Shown here piece by piece: positions 47,947-59,880 of a stretch of DNA of 64,000 nt. Position numbers and translations under genes: made by a program. Below the pieces are notes generated by a model, which was not told where the DNA came from, ran no database searches, and saw nothing but the letters and a program-made list of their open reading frames with translations. The stretch comes from Pocillopora damicornis (taxonomy: Eukaryota): NCBI RefSeq assembly GCF_003704095.1, contig NW_020845317.1, forward strand, positions 124,001-188,000. The letters are read 5' to 3'. Each line of letters starts with the position of its first letter. Position 1 is the first letter of the stretch.

Positions 47947-50279
47947 ATTGTTCTCCACTTCCTTTCTTCTCTTCTTTGTCTTTACTTTAGAACAAAAGTT
48001 TGGACTTTAGACGTAAACAACTTTGCCGCCTGCATTAAGATCACTTTAAAAGGGCTAGCAAAGGACAATTTTCTCCCAGCTTGGAGATGTGAAGAAGCGA
48101 GTAAAACAACCAGTATTTCTTTTACAAGAATGAAACTCTTACGGCCACTGAAATAAACATTGATTCAGTTTGGTACACAAGATGCCACTACAGATAACAA
48201 AGGGGTTAGTGAAAAAAACATGGATCACGCACGTGACATTTGCTGGTCATCTACTCTTGGGAAACCCATTGGAAAGATCTAGAGTGACGTGTACTACAAT
48301 TACCCTCGCAAGACTTTCTTCTGCCTCACTCTGTTATTTTTTTCCTCATTTGCTGTACCGGGAGAAAATGATTTGTAATTACAGTTACCGTGGCATTTAA
48401 AGGCTGTCGGAGATTTGTCCCGGTTTTCGTTCGTTAAAGTGACGAGAGGTTTTATTACTTAATTTCCGAAATGGGATGCGATGCTATGGCAGTTAATGTT
48501 GCTTTCAACCTTCCAAAATCATATATGTTTCAATAGGGAGAATACGTATTTACGAAAGCCCCTGTTTTCTGATTGGTTACGACATTAATTCCATTACACG
48601 CAACAAAACATAATATTCCAATGTAAACAAAAATTAAGACACGAAAACCTATGCGTCGTGAAATTTCACTTTACGCCTCAAATTAAAAAAAAAATTGCAA
48701 ACTCCCCCAGTCTGTGGATGCATTGCCACAAAGGCTTGAAATTAAATGTCACTGAGAAAAGCCCTCATCCAGCACCGAGTTTAACCTTATTTTGCGTGGC
48801 ACTTGTTTACTTCGATAAACAACGGGTGACGTGCGTCAGTTGCAACGTATAAAGCTTATTTTGGATTAAAGGAAAAGCTATCGAACATCAACTCTGCACG
48901 ATACCATCGCGCTCAAACTGGTAGAACTAGTAGTTCTCATTGTGGTCCACACGCACGTACCAAACGCACGTTCACGACTATATACAAAAAAAAAGGCAGT
49001 TTGAACTCTCTTGTTTAAAACAATTCATTACTGCACAGTGAGACGGTTGATTTTAAGTCCGGTACAGAATTCGAAGTAAGACATAGAGTTATGGATTCCT
49101 GAGGTAGAACAAGCGAAACCGAGGTAATATTGTGATGATTTCATAGAAATTATTTGCGCATGCGTAGAGATGTGGTTTTTGTCAGTGTGATCCGTTTTCT
49201 CTGGCGATTTTTCTCTCCAAAATAATACGCGTTTGATTAAAACGAATTTGCTAATAGAGATAAGAACAAATGAGTTAACCGGTTTTCATTAAATTCCTCT
49301 CTTTTCTTATATTTCTTTTGGAAAGGAGTTTGTTTCAGTGGTAATAACTACGCGCGGAATGATGGCAGCTGTCTTGTTATTCAGTGGGAGGATAAGCAGC
49401 CTGTTCCTGGCGCAAGTAAAACGGTGCGAAATGTAGGCGAGATAGACATAAGTTAATAGGTGAGGGCAGAGCCAAAAACGAGTAGATTTGTGTCGGGTCG
49501 CGACTGGACCCAAGCCTCCCTGGTTTCTTTCACTGTTCTGCCACTATCGCGTCGTGCGCAATCATATTTCGTTTTACTTACTCAACGTCTGAAAAAAGCT
49601 AGAGGATAACCAATTGAAGAGAGAAACTAAACTACCCTTCCACCAAGGGGCTGTAAGTAGGACTCAAAACCCTGGGGTCAANNNNNNNNNNNNNNNNNNN
49701 NNNNNNNNNNNNNNNNNNNNNNNNNNNNNNNNNNNNNNNNNNNNNNNNNNNNNNNNNNNNNNNNNNNNNNNNNNNNNNNNNNNNNNNNNNNNNNNNNNNN
49801 NNNNNNNNNNNNNNNNNNNNNNNNNNNNNNNNNNNNNNNNNNNNNNNNNNNNNNNNNNNNNNNNNNNNNNNNNNNNNNNNNNNNNNNNNNNNNNNNNNNN
49901 NNNNNNNNNNNNNNNNNNNNNNNNNNNNNNNNNNNNNNNNNNNNNNNNNNNNNNNNNNNNNNNNNNNNNNNNNNNNNNNNNNNNNNNNNNNNNNNNNNNN
50001 NNNNNNNNNNNNNNNNNNNNNNNNNNNNNNNNNNNNNNNNNNNNNNNNNNNNNNNNNNNNATTGGATCCATAAATTTTATTTAACCATATTGATTACATC
50101 TCTACTTTTAACGTTGAGAGTGAAAAGTGACTTTTTGAAATGTTACTCGATGTCTTTGTTTCTGTTATGTTCATTTTTCACATTTTCTTTTGTTCCTTTT
50201 CATTCTCAGTATTTCTTCAAGTGAAGTCACATTTTATGCAATTCTCTACCTCCTGGAAGTGATTACACGCAAATTCTCC

Positions 50280-50462
50280 GTGCAGTATGTATGAATCATA
50301 CATGAAGCAGGTGACGAGAAAATAAATACTTATCAGGAAAGGGGTGCACTGTTACCTCAGTGTCATACAAATTCTCTCCACTGATTTGCAAGGAATCGAA
50401 GTGTATAGCAATTATCAGAGAGAGTTACGAATTTGATCTCGGGATCCGAAGAAAAGGGTCAA
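50280..50462. mobile_element. Degenerate MITE family B copy abutting the stop codon of ORF 50459
   Basis: caaattctc...gcaagga...gagagtt...gatctcggga...aaagggtcaa resembles 7815-7992. Confidence 0.45.
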
Positions 50463-51058
50463 ATAACCATTGGTATCCTCTTATGAATTGTTATCTTCCA
50501 TCGTTGTTTTGATGTTCCAGGCAAATCCGATTTTGTTCTCCTTAAGCCCGGACGGCATTTAATTTTTCTCACCGCCTTATCGTCTGGGCGTGAGGACGGT
50601 GCCGCTTTAAAGCTTGGCGCGGACTCTTTAGCATCGCTGATATCTCGCAAACTTTTGGCCAATTCTTGCAAACTCAAATTTGCACGTTTGGTAAACAATG
50701 GTTCCTTTATCGAAGGTGTGGGGGGATGCATTGTTGATTCCATTTTAAAAGCTGTTGATGATTGTTGTCTCTGTGAGTGTAGTGTAGGGTTGTAAATACT
50801 CGGTAGCGACTTACACCTCGTCAGACCGTTAAACGAGAAAAACTTGCGCCGCTCGGCGAGTTCGTGTTCCATTCTCTGGTAGGTCCTAAGCGGATTTGGC
50901 TTGTCATCGTCTATCGGAGTTTCCAACTCTTTTCGCAGCTTTGCCTCTTGGAGGTAGATCGAGAACAGTTCTTTCTTTGTCTGAAACGAAGTTTCTGAAG
51001 GCATTTGTGTCGTTCTCGAAGGAGCATTACGAGCCTCCACGAAAATGCTAGGAATCAT
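50459..51058 (-). CDS. Uncharacterised basic disordered protein (199 aa)
   Basis: ATG-initiated ORF with the same composition as its neighbours; RCKSLPSI and LRRTKSDLP motifs; short helix YLQEAKLRKELE. Confidence 0.72.
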   Translation of the reverse strand: MIPSIFVEARNAPSRTTQMPSETSFQTKKELFSIYLQEAKLRKELETPIDDDKPNPLRTYQRMEHELAERRKFFSFNGLTRCKSLPSIYNPTLHSQRQQSSTAFKMESTMHPPTPSIKEPLFTKRANLSLQELAKSLRDISDAKESAPSFKAAPSSRPDDKAVRKIKCRPGLRRTKSDLPGTSKQRWKITIHKRIPMVI

Positions 51059-52026
51059 CGTTGGAACTAAATCATTCCTTGTTGAACACTTGCTAGAAAC
51101 GAGCGAGTAGTTACGAACCCTCCATATCTATGTTACCACCAGGTCAATATCATTGGTATATTGCAGTCAATACGTGTTTCATTATTTAGGTAAACAAAAT
51201 TTACACATGTACCACGTGTTCAATTAAGTTCTCTTACAGGCTGAAAAATAATTGTTTGGAGTCTTAATCCTCAAGAGCATCTATTGTTAAAAACACATTA
51301 AATCATCTGCGATAAGTGATGGTACATTACGGACTTCATTCGATCCAGACAAAGAAAGCTATTGCGGTATAGCTATGCCAACGAGTTTTTGAAATGTCTT
51401 TGTACGGAAACCTTGCGAAATACGCGCGGCGAACGATGTCTTCGAGCGATTCTTTGACCGCCTACTTTTAACATAACCAGGGGGTACTGGAATGGAACTA
51501 CATTTTTACCAATCTCTTGCCCGCTCCTTCGGTTATTGAACGAAATAAACAAGCTTTTAAGCTAATGAGTTGTTCGTTAGTGTTTTAGGGCATCTCTTTG
51601 TTTATTTTAGTAGAAACGGGGTTGATTATAGCCCTTAGAATCCAAACGATAATGGTTTTGAGTAACGGTGGCACTTAGTAGTTTTCAGAGAACTGTTTGA
51701 CCCAATATTAGGCATAATTATTTCACGGTACTGTTAAGCCTTTTTTATCCGCGTTTTACAAAATTATTTCTAATTTGAATGAATTTGCGGGAATTCAGTC
51801 TAATTAGTCAGAAAAAGTTTTAGAGATAACTACAAAACAAGAAGGTTACAAGGTCGACCTGGGATCATGGGAGGCTATGACACGATTTTCATCAAAAAAT
51901 CTAACATTTTCATAATACACATGCCATCAGTACAAAGCTCTTTTTTTGACAACATAGCTGACAACTAAGTGAAATCTTAGCCAGAAGTAAAGATGAAGGG
52001 ATAAAGATTTTGCAAACAAACCAATA

Positions 52027-52270
52027 AGGGCGCCGTTCAATTGAATGTTGTAAAACCAAAACCAATGGAAGTCACAACAGCCAATCAGAAGAGAGGAAAA
52101 TGTAAACAGCTAAAAGCCTTCAACCGCGGGAAAGCGCTAGTTACCAGTCGCGATGGGTTTCAGTTTTGAATCTGATTGGTTGATAAAGTGAAGCGAGTTT
52201 TCTGAACCAATTTTATTTAGCGAAGAAAAGCAAAACCAAATTAATCTTGGATTACTTTTGACACTGAAAA
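52027..52270. repeat. Interspersed repeat (ccaatcaga / tctgattgg type)
   Basis: Recalled as a common coral repeat; internal inverted motif ccaatcaga...tctgattgg; related fragment near 46408-46510. Confidence 0.4.
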
Positions 52271-53087
52271 TCTGTGTAATAAATAGTGTCAAATAACTTA
52301 AGGTTAATCATCTTGATTTTTCGACTTGTTTTGTATTTTTTTCCAAAGGAAGGAGTGAAAGTAAGTGCGTGTTTTGTCAACTGCCTTCGATGCCCATATT
52401 GGAGAAGATCAGGTAACGCGCAAAGTGATGACTTCGTGAGCTATGCAATGCCAAAGCTCTCGAATGTGAGGGAAGTAGAAATAGTCTTCTGCTTAATTAA
52501 AGGAGAAGTAAGCATAGTTTTTATATTCACCACTAAAAAGTGTGACATCGAACGCGTTTTGAGACTACGAAAAATTTACCACAATTCCAAAGTTATTATA
52601 ACACGAGCTAGAAAAGTAGCCCACACCACTTAAACAAGTCTCAATCCACCCTTTTTTTATCTTTTATAGAGCATTTTTGAATAATAAGTAGCCAAAGAAA
52701 CACATCCTTAAAGTACTCAAATTGTCGTCTTGATTTCGGCTGTTGTAGCGCGTGTGACCTGGTAACAGAGTTGTTTTCAAAATGGTGGCCTACCAGGTCG
52801 GTTCATTAGCACGTTTGAAGACAATTATTGAAAAGACCATTTCTCTCGGGAATCTCAAAACGTGATGATAAGTAAGTTTTTTTTGCTTTTTAGCAGCAGA
52901 TATGAAACCACATGGTCTCTCGGGCATACTTCTTCCATTTTTGTGGTTCTAAGATTGCTATTCTTAAATTGTGGTCCTCAGTGCCTGTGGATCTAATTTT
53001 ATTTGATTTTCTCAAAATGTTGATATTCGAGTCAAATGATTTTAAAAAGATCGAGAATTTTGGGCCCTCGTTTATTAGTAGTATAAT

Positions 53088-53277
53088 TTCTCATTCCTCA
53101 GTCCTCAATCCTCTTCTTACATTTCCCATTCCCCACTCCCCACTCCCCATTCTCCAGTCCCCATTCCTCATTGTCCCCATTCCTCATTGTCCCCATTCCT
53201 CATTGTCCCCATTCCACATTTTCCCCACTCCTCGTTATCCATTACCCAGTCCCCGATCCTCATTCACGCTTTTAGTA
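53088..53277 (+). repeat. Degenerate 7-bp tandem repeat (TCCCCAT/TCCTCAT) with three 16-bp higher-order units
   Basis: tccccattcctcattg x3 within a longer degenerate array. Confidence 0.85.
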
Positions 53278-55597
53278 TCATCCCGTTTAAACTTGGGATT
53301 AGTCTCCCGTGGCGAAACTTTGAAAATCCGAAATGAAGTTCGAACTTTTGTGTTAATTGAGTAAGGATGATTCATGGCTTGGCTCGAATTATAAATCGAA
53401 AAGGGGAAAAAATCATAAATGCACGTTCTCTATATCGTGGGCTGGCTGAATTTACGAATCAAATCACCATTGAACGTCATGCTGCTAACCACATGGAAGC
53501 TATATTCATTACCTGATGATCTTTACATAGGGCGGCTTGTTCGTCTTGTCGCTCACTGTTTGTATAGATAATAACATGATTTTGAGTGCAGTTTGATTTC
53601 AATTCGCACGAGTAATTTTTTTCAAAGACAACACGTAGGGCGAGTGCAATTTGTAGTCTTTGAAACAAGTGCTTATTTATACCAAATTGCTCGAGAAATC
53701 GTGTTGTTAACCAAAAACCACGTGCAGGAAACCACTTTAAAACTCGCTCGCCGTCTGAATCAGACACTGCGAGCTACATACGTCGTGATGTGTCAGGATC
53801 GAAAACCTTTCAATGGATGGGTCAACTTAGAACCTCTCTTCCTCCCCCCCCCCCGAGATTCGCTCCTCAAATGAGGAGGATCATCAAATCTTTCATAGAC
53901 AAAAATAACGCATTCACCCCTCCCAGCTAACGAGCTTGCTGATATTTTTGCTTGTATATCATTAAACAGGGAATTATATCAAAAACCGCAAAAATCCTAA
54001 TCCATTTTGCATTTCGGATGTTCAGGTATTGTAGCTTGGTAGGAATTCTTTCCCTCGCTACGCTTCAGTTCGATAGGAAGAGATCGCTGAAACATAAATC
54101 CAAACATGAAAAGCCACTTGCCACCTCATGTTGAAGGACTCTAAGTCACTCATTGGCTACTGCTTACTGCAAATGCAAGTCGGAAAACTTTAGACGAAAA
54201 TTTTCAATAGACACAAATGGTGTCATGGCTCCCTTAAAAAGTGAAACACTCCGTGGAAAGCTGTTTTCGTGATTTCAAAGAATTTAACGTGACTTTCTGT
54301 CGAAAGGAAGCGAGGCCAAACGTCTTCGGAAGATTTCAAATCCTCACTTCTCCTAAGTTTACTCAGTGATTGAGTAAATTTAATATAAGAAAAGCGGCAT
54401 GTAAGAAATGTGCTTGAAGATTACACCGAAGAAAAGTTCAAACCCTCGTAGAGCAGCCGAAAGTTTCTATTTTGTAATTAATTGAGAGAAAACTTTACAT
54501 ACTTATGAAGACATCTTGACTGGAAAAGTACATCGAACAACAGATTTATGATAATAAATAACGTCAAATTAGAGGTATGTCATACCATCTGTGTTCTGCT
54601 AAACCGCATGATATTCTCATTATGAATACATTATCCACATTGAAGGATTACTGACTGTAATCTCGTAAATCTTTTTTTATTCCGATGTTACTTCCAGTTT
54701 TCGAATCCACAAGCCGTGATCGTTTACACACGGCTATAGATTGTGCAACCTTTTTCAGGTGGTGACAATGATTTAGAAAAGCTGAATACTTTATAAAACC
54801 TTTGAAATTTAATTAAATATCGCACAATTACTTAACGTGCAACTTACTAAACGTTTCAAAATTAATTGGATTTAAAGTTCAAATTGGAATACATCCTCTT
54901 TCTTTAACATGGTCAAAAGATTGCACGCTTCAATAATTAAGAATACCATTCTTTACTCCGTTTCAGTAATATACATCGACGGTTATTCAATAGAATTAAC
55001 TATCTCCCGCAACACCTCTGAAGGAAAACAAAGCATCTTAATTCAAGCTTTGATTGATTGTCCTTTTATCTTGTAAGCCAGTTCTCTCAATTTTGAGACC
55101 TTGTTATGCTACGTTGAAGACTTAATCGTGCAATAGTTGATTTTCAGAAACAAGAGTGTGTCTCTGGTTTTGCGTAATGCTATAAATATTTCTTCGAAGG
55201 AGAACGAAAAGCGATCTCTCTGCCTCTAAGACATATGATATCGAAATACTGCGAGTTCTAAGTCGAGTCATTATATTATTTACTAAGATGACTAACAAAG
55301 ATGTTATGTAGAAATACCAGGTTTGCCGTAACAAACTGGTTAGGATGAACTTGTTCTTCATGACTTTTCGGTGGCGTTACGTTTGCGCAGAATTCTTGGC
55401 TGTCAGAAATCTACCTGCAGACTTTCGGTGGTGCTGAGTTCAAGTTCTGAATATTTCGTATCCAAACCATTTGCTTCTCGAACTGAAGCTCGCCATGAAG
55501 CGACCGCAAATGAAGAAGTAATCCACGAAACTTTTGCGAGCGAATATTGTTTTCATAAGCCATGCCATGATAAACAAATGATTTTGTGTTTACTCTT

Positions 55598-56167
55598 TTA
55601 ATGGTGGTAAGTTGCAACTGTCAGTGACACGCTCATACTTTCTGATTCCTCGGCAATTCGCCGTTTACTGTGCCTCGTATGCATTTTTTTCTTCCATTGC
55701 TCTTTCTCTGTGTTCGTTGTAGCGTTCAGGTGGTTATTGTCTTTTAAGCCTACTGACGGCTTAACACATTGAGTCACACGCATCTTGGCATTCGCATCAT
55801 CGGACGAGAAGCAGTGTGGCGAAGGTCTTTTAGGACGATTTGTTTTTGATTTGTTTCTACGTTTCCTTTTCTTATCGCTCGATAACGGGTCGCTTGTAGC
55901 AACTAACTGAACTTTTCCACCATTTATCTGCGGTAATTTAGTAGAAACGTCCTTGTTTTTCTGCGAGTTTCGGAGTATTTCTGTCATACTCAGAGGGAGT
56001 TGACTGGAGGGGCTTAATTCAGGTAGACGAAGAGATTCTTCAACCAGTTCTTCGAAAGTTTTCCCAGCTTTCGTTTTAGTATTCTGTTTGATGTCCATCG
56101 TCGACAGCCCAGGTCTTGTGTGCTCTGAATTTAACCTCACGATGTACTCTTGTTCTTTGCCAAGCAT
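55598..56167 (-). CDS. Uncharacterised basic disordered protein (~189 aa from first ATG)
   Basis: ORF open from 56254, first ATG at 56167; LPQINGGK motif; NLS-like KKRKRRNK. Confidence 0.62.
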   Translation of the reverse strand: MLGKEQEYIVRLNSEHTRPGLSTMDIKQNTKTKAGKTFEELVEESLRLPELSPSSQLPLSMTEILRNSQKNKDVSTKLPQINGGKVQLVATSDPLSSDKKRKRRNKSKTNRPKRPSPHCFSSDDANAKMRVTQCVKPSVGLKDNNHLNATTNTEKEQWKKKMHTRHSKRRIAEESESMSVSLTVATYHH

Positions 56168-56522
56168 TGAATGTACACCGACGCTGCTCTCTGAAGCGTA
56201 AAACTTGGTGGGGCGGTATATATGCAATGTAACTTGTCCCCAAAATGTTTGCACGGTAGAGCGAAATCAAATTGTCAATCTTGACAAATAGATCGCAGTT
56301 TTGTGGCACAGAGAACGCTGTTTATCAGCCCATAAAATAAATCTGGTCGTCTTCTAAGCGACGATTGGAGTGATAGTTTTTACAATGGCTAAGACGCGCT
56401 AGGATAGTTTCCTCTCTAAAGTGAGCTTACGAGCCGAAACCAAACACCACAAAGAATTTTATGAATTACAATTATTCAGTATTATGATAGTCAACATCTC
56501 TTGCCTCTGACCTCTACATGAC

Positions 56523-57943
56523 CTGTATTTTTAGTGTTGTTTGGGCTTGGGCCGATAGGAGCGTTAATGAGATCGAAATGTTGTACTAAAAGATCACAAA
56601 AACTCTAAGCTCAAATCATGTTCTTCGTATAACACAAAATTTGCGCTCAGTGGGTGACAGAACGGCCTGTTTTAATTGGGTGCAAAACGCATTTTTTGTG
56701 TGAAAATTACCCACCAAGAGCGCAAATACAATGACGTTTAGTCTAATGCATTTCCTTATCTAGAATAAACAAAATGTCGTTTGAATGCTGTATGTTTGTT
56801 TGCGCCTGTCTAACCTTTTACACGGAGCACATTCACGTTAGAATCGATCACGTAATTTCTTCGTTCTACAACACTTGGAAAATATCACTTTGTTATGAAG
56901 AAAAAAACTATGGCAATCTGGTGGAAGAATTATTTCAAATACTGGATCGTTAGTTTTTAATTGTTTTTATCTCTTGTTGACTCTTATCCGCCTGATTGAA
57001 GAGGTCTCGGAAACTTGACAGTATTACTTTCATGCGCCATATACAAAAGCTTTCAGTCGTGACTACATTGAAATACATCAACAAGAAAATGTTTGCTCCC
57101 AAAATTGAAAAATAACCCGGCAGGGGGTTGCAGTATTGAATAGCAAATAAGAAACTAGAGGAAGGAAACTATTTATTCCTTTTTGTGCAATATTGATCTT
57201 TGAAATGCAAATTTACTCGTAATGTACCCGCTTTCATGGCATGTAATAGTTCCGAGTGGACGAAGTGTAACAGTTATAAAATTTCTCCTTGTACCACTTA
57301 ACTTTTAAGTCCAAAATAAATTGTCTATATTTAGCGTAATGAATGCGTCCGAATGATGACTGAAGTCGGCTTGTCACATTTCACAGCTATCTTTCAGTTG
57401 ATAATAAAATATTTATTGGAAGAAATATTTTGTTTCCGTGCACAGGTTTACTTTTTAAATTTTTATTAGCTTTAGTTTCCAGTTCTATGGAGGACTGTAG
57501 TTTTTTCAAAGCGTGCAAATTTTGCTGCGCTTTTAATCTTCCAGAACAACCCTTTTTCAAATTATTTTCATCACCTTCTTCGATTCACTCTAAAAATTTG
57601 TTTAATCCCAGACTTACGGTCTTGTCTAAAATGTTTTTCGATGCCGTGGTGCTTTTAACTCGAGACCGTTTGAAGCGGGGTAATTCCAGACAACATAAAC
57701 ACCAACGGCCACCAGTGCATTAGAGTATTTTCTACATTTTTGTTTCTTCTCTCAGTGGCACAATAAGGCTAGAAATTAAAATTCTTATCATTTCATTTCT
57801 CTTGCTAATATCTTGGTACTAAAGAAGTATTAAACCAGCTGTCATCGCCGTTGCTTTCTGCCCACTCTCCACGCATTGCACGCCTGCGTGCAGGATTTCC
57901 ACGCGATGAGACTGTGCGTATGTATTGCTTTCAAATGGCTTAC
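56523..57943 (+). repeat. Inverted duplication, copy A (~1.4 kb)
   Basis: Reverse complement of 61563-62972 at roughly 90% identity (by eye), with small indels. Confidence 0.95.
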
Positions 57944-59880
57944 TTAACAAAAAAATAAAAGGATCCAGTATGTCATTTTCACTTTTCAAAGAGATTTTGA
58001 ATTCTCTTTGGTTTCGTATCCACTTGCAGCGGCCCTTAAAGGCCCTGAAGACAACAGCTAGCAACAGTAACTTTAGGAGGGAAAAGCAGTCACCTTTGCC
58101 AAGTGGTAATCTCATTGACCTCGATCGTAGAAAACAGTTGACACGATTATATTATATAGGAGTGCGTTGAAGAGAGAAAACTTAATGAAGCGAAATACGA
58201 TCACAGAGAAGCTGATCCCAGAGAAAGAGAGAAACAGATTGTTTTATGGGCATCTGTCCAGCTTTCTTGCCCATGCTCTTATACTAGTCTAAATGTGTTC
58301 GTTTGGTTATTTAGCTTGAGGAAAGTGGCTCTTGCGATGTAACTGAGACCAGAATGTAGCGGAGTTGTCCTTCTTGGCCACAATTATTATGTTGATAGGC
58401 AACTACTAGCTTCTGTTACCCAGATAAGATGGTTGTGTATTTAACGATAGCTGATGATAGTTCTACCCTCCGGCAACTAGCTACGCAGCCAATGGCTGAA
58501 AAACCTGAGGACATGTCAATCATCACCATATATTGTAACGAATGTAAAATCCAAAGAAAATGATTTAACAGAGACTCGGCGTAAATTTTGTCATCCCTTT
58601 GCCTCAGTCTGATGAAAGTATTCTTGATATTATTTTTTTTTTCCTTGAAAAAAAAATAATGATAGACGCTTAAAGCTTCAGTAAATCTGGCGTTATTTAT
58701 GTTACTGATTTAGATTAATGAGACCGTCGTCTGCTACTATATTTGAATATTTATGTCTGGTTTTGACCGGAGCTAAGGATCAAGTACTTTAGAGAACTTT
58801 CTCTTTTCTCCAGAGGAAAGTGTAAACTATATGCCTGAATTAACATCTGTCACCACTAAACAGGATACTGCCCAGTCATTGCAAGAGCGCTATCTCTTTA
58901 ACACTACCGCTGCCTAAAACTGCGACAAGCGTTAATCCCAAAATCCAAAATCACAATTGAGCCATTCCATTCATGTTTTGAAATTGTGAAACAGATTACG
59001 TTTAAATCTCTTTAGAGTGAGAGACTTAGAGGCATTTTCTATCAAGCGAAAATAAGGTGATCATTGCTTTTCCTTCAATGAATTCAATCCGGACATATAC
59101 ACAGTGCATAATTAAAAAAAAATAAAATAAAAAGACAAGAAAAAAAGAAACCGTCGGAACGGAGATTTTAAGTCAGCAAGCACTCATTAGGCTATTAGGG
59201 ATCTTAAGCAAACCACGACGGCGACNNNNNNNNNNNNNNNNNNNNNNNNNNNNNNNNNNNNNNNNNNNNNNNNNNNNNNNNNNNNNNNNNNNNNNNNNNN
59301 NNNNNNNNNNNNNNNNNNNNNNNNNTAAAGTGTTTTTTCTAGTTACTTGTATCAACGTTCAAATTCCCTTTGTTCTCGCATCATTGTACTTGATGTATGG
59401 ACGTAAATAACATGGCTAGCTGACATGCGCAAACTGTCCCTTAAGAGATTCCCGTTAATAACATTACCCTCGCCAAACAATGGTAGTTAATGTGGATGCC
59501 TAATCACCCACGAATATACACAAGGGTGGCGCCTCATGTAATCAATTATGTTTACACATTAAGTTATTGTCGACGATAAAGCTTGTGGAAGACACTACAG
59601 TTCATCAAATGCTGAGCATCGCAGATTAGTAACTTCAGTAGGGAAATAGGTGTTCAATAAAGTTTGCCAGGGGAAAGCTGCTTTTGACGAAGAGAGCTAG
59701 ATCAATGCTGGCAATGAAAAATATCCAACGATTTGAGCAAATAGCTAATAACTTGTCAAAACAAATGCCCAAGCAACATAATGGATAATACTTTTGTTAA
59801 TTGCATGCAAATTGTTAGCGCTATGGAAAAGGTTTCAAAAAGTAAACAGATTTGGAAGCCTGCAGATTTAACTGTCTAGC

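Noticed and set aside
52912-53364. 150-aa Pro/His-rich ORF
   Set aside because: Openness is explained by the stop-poor 7-bp tandem repeat.
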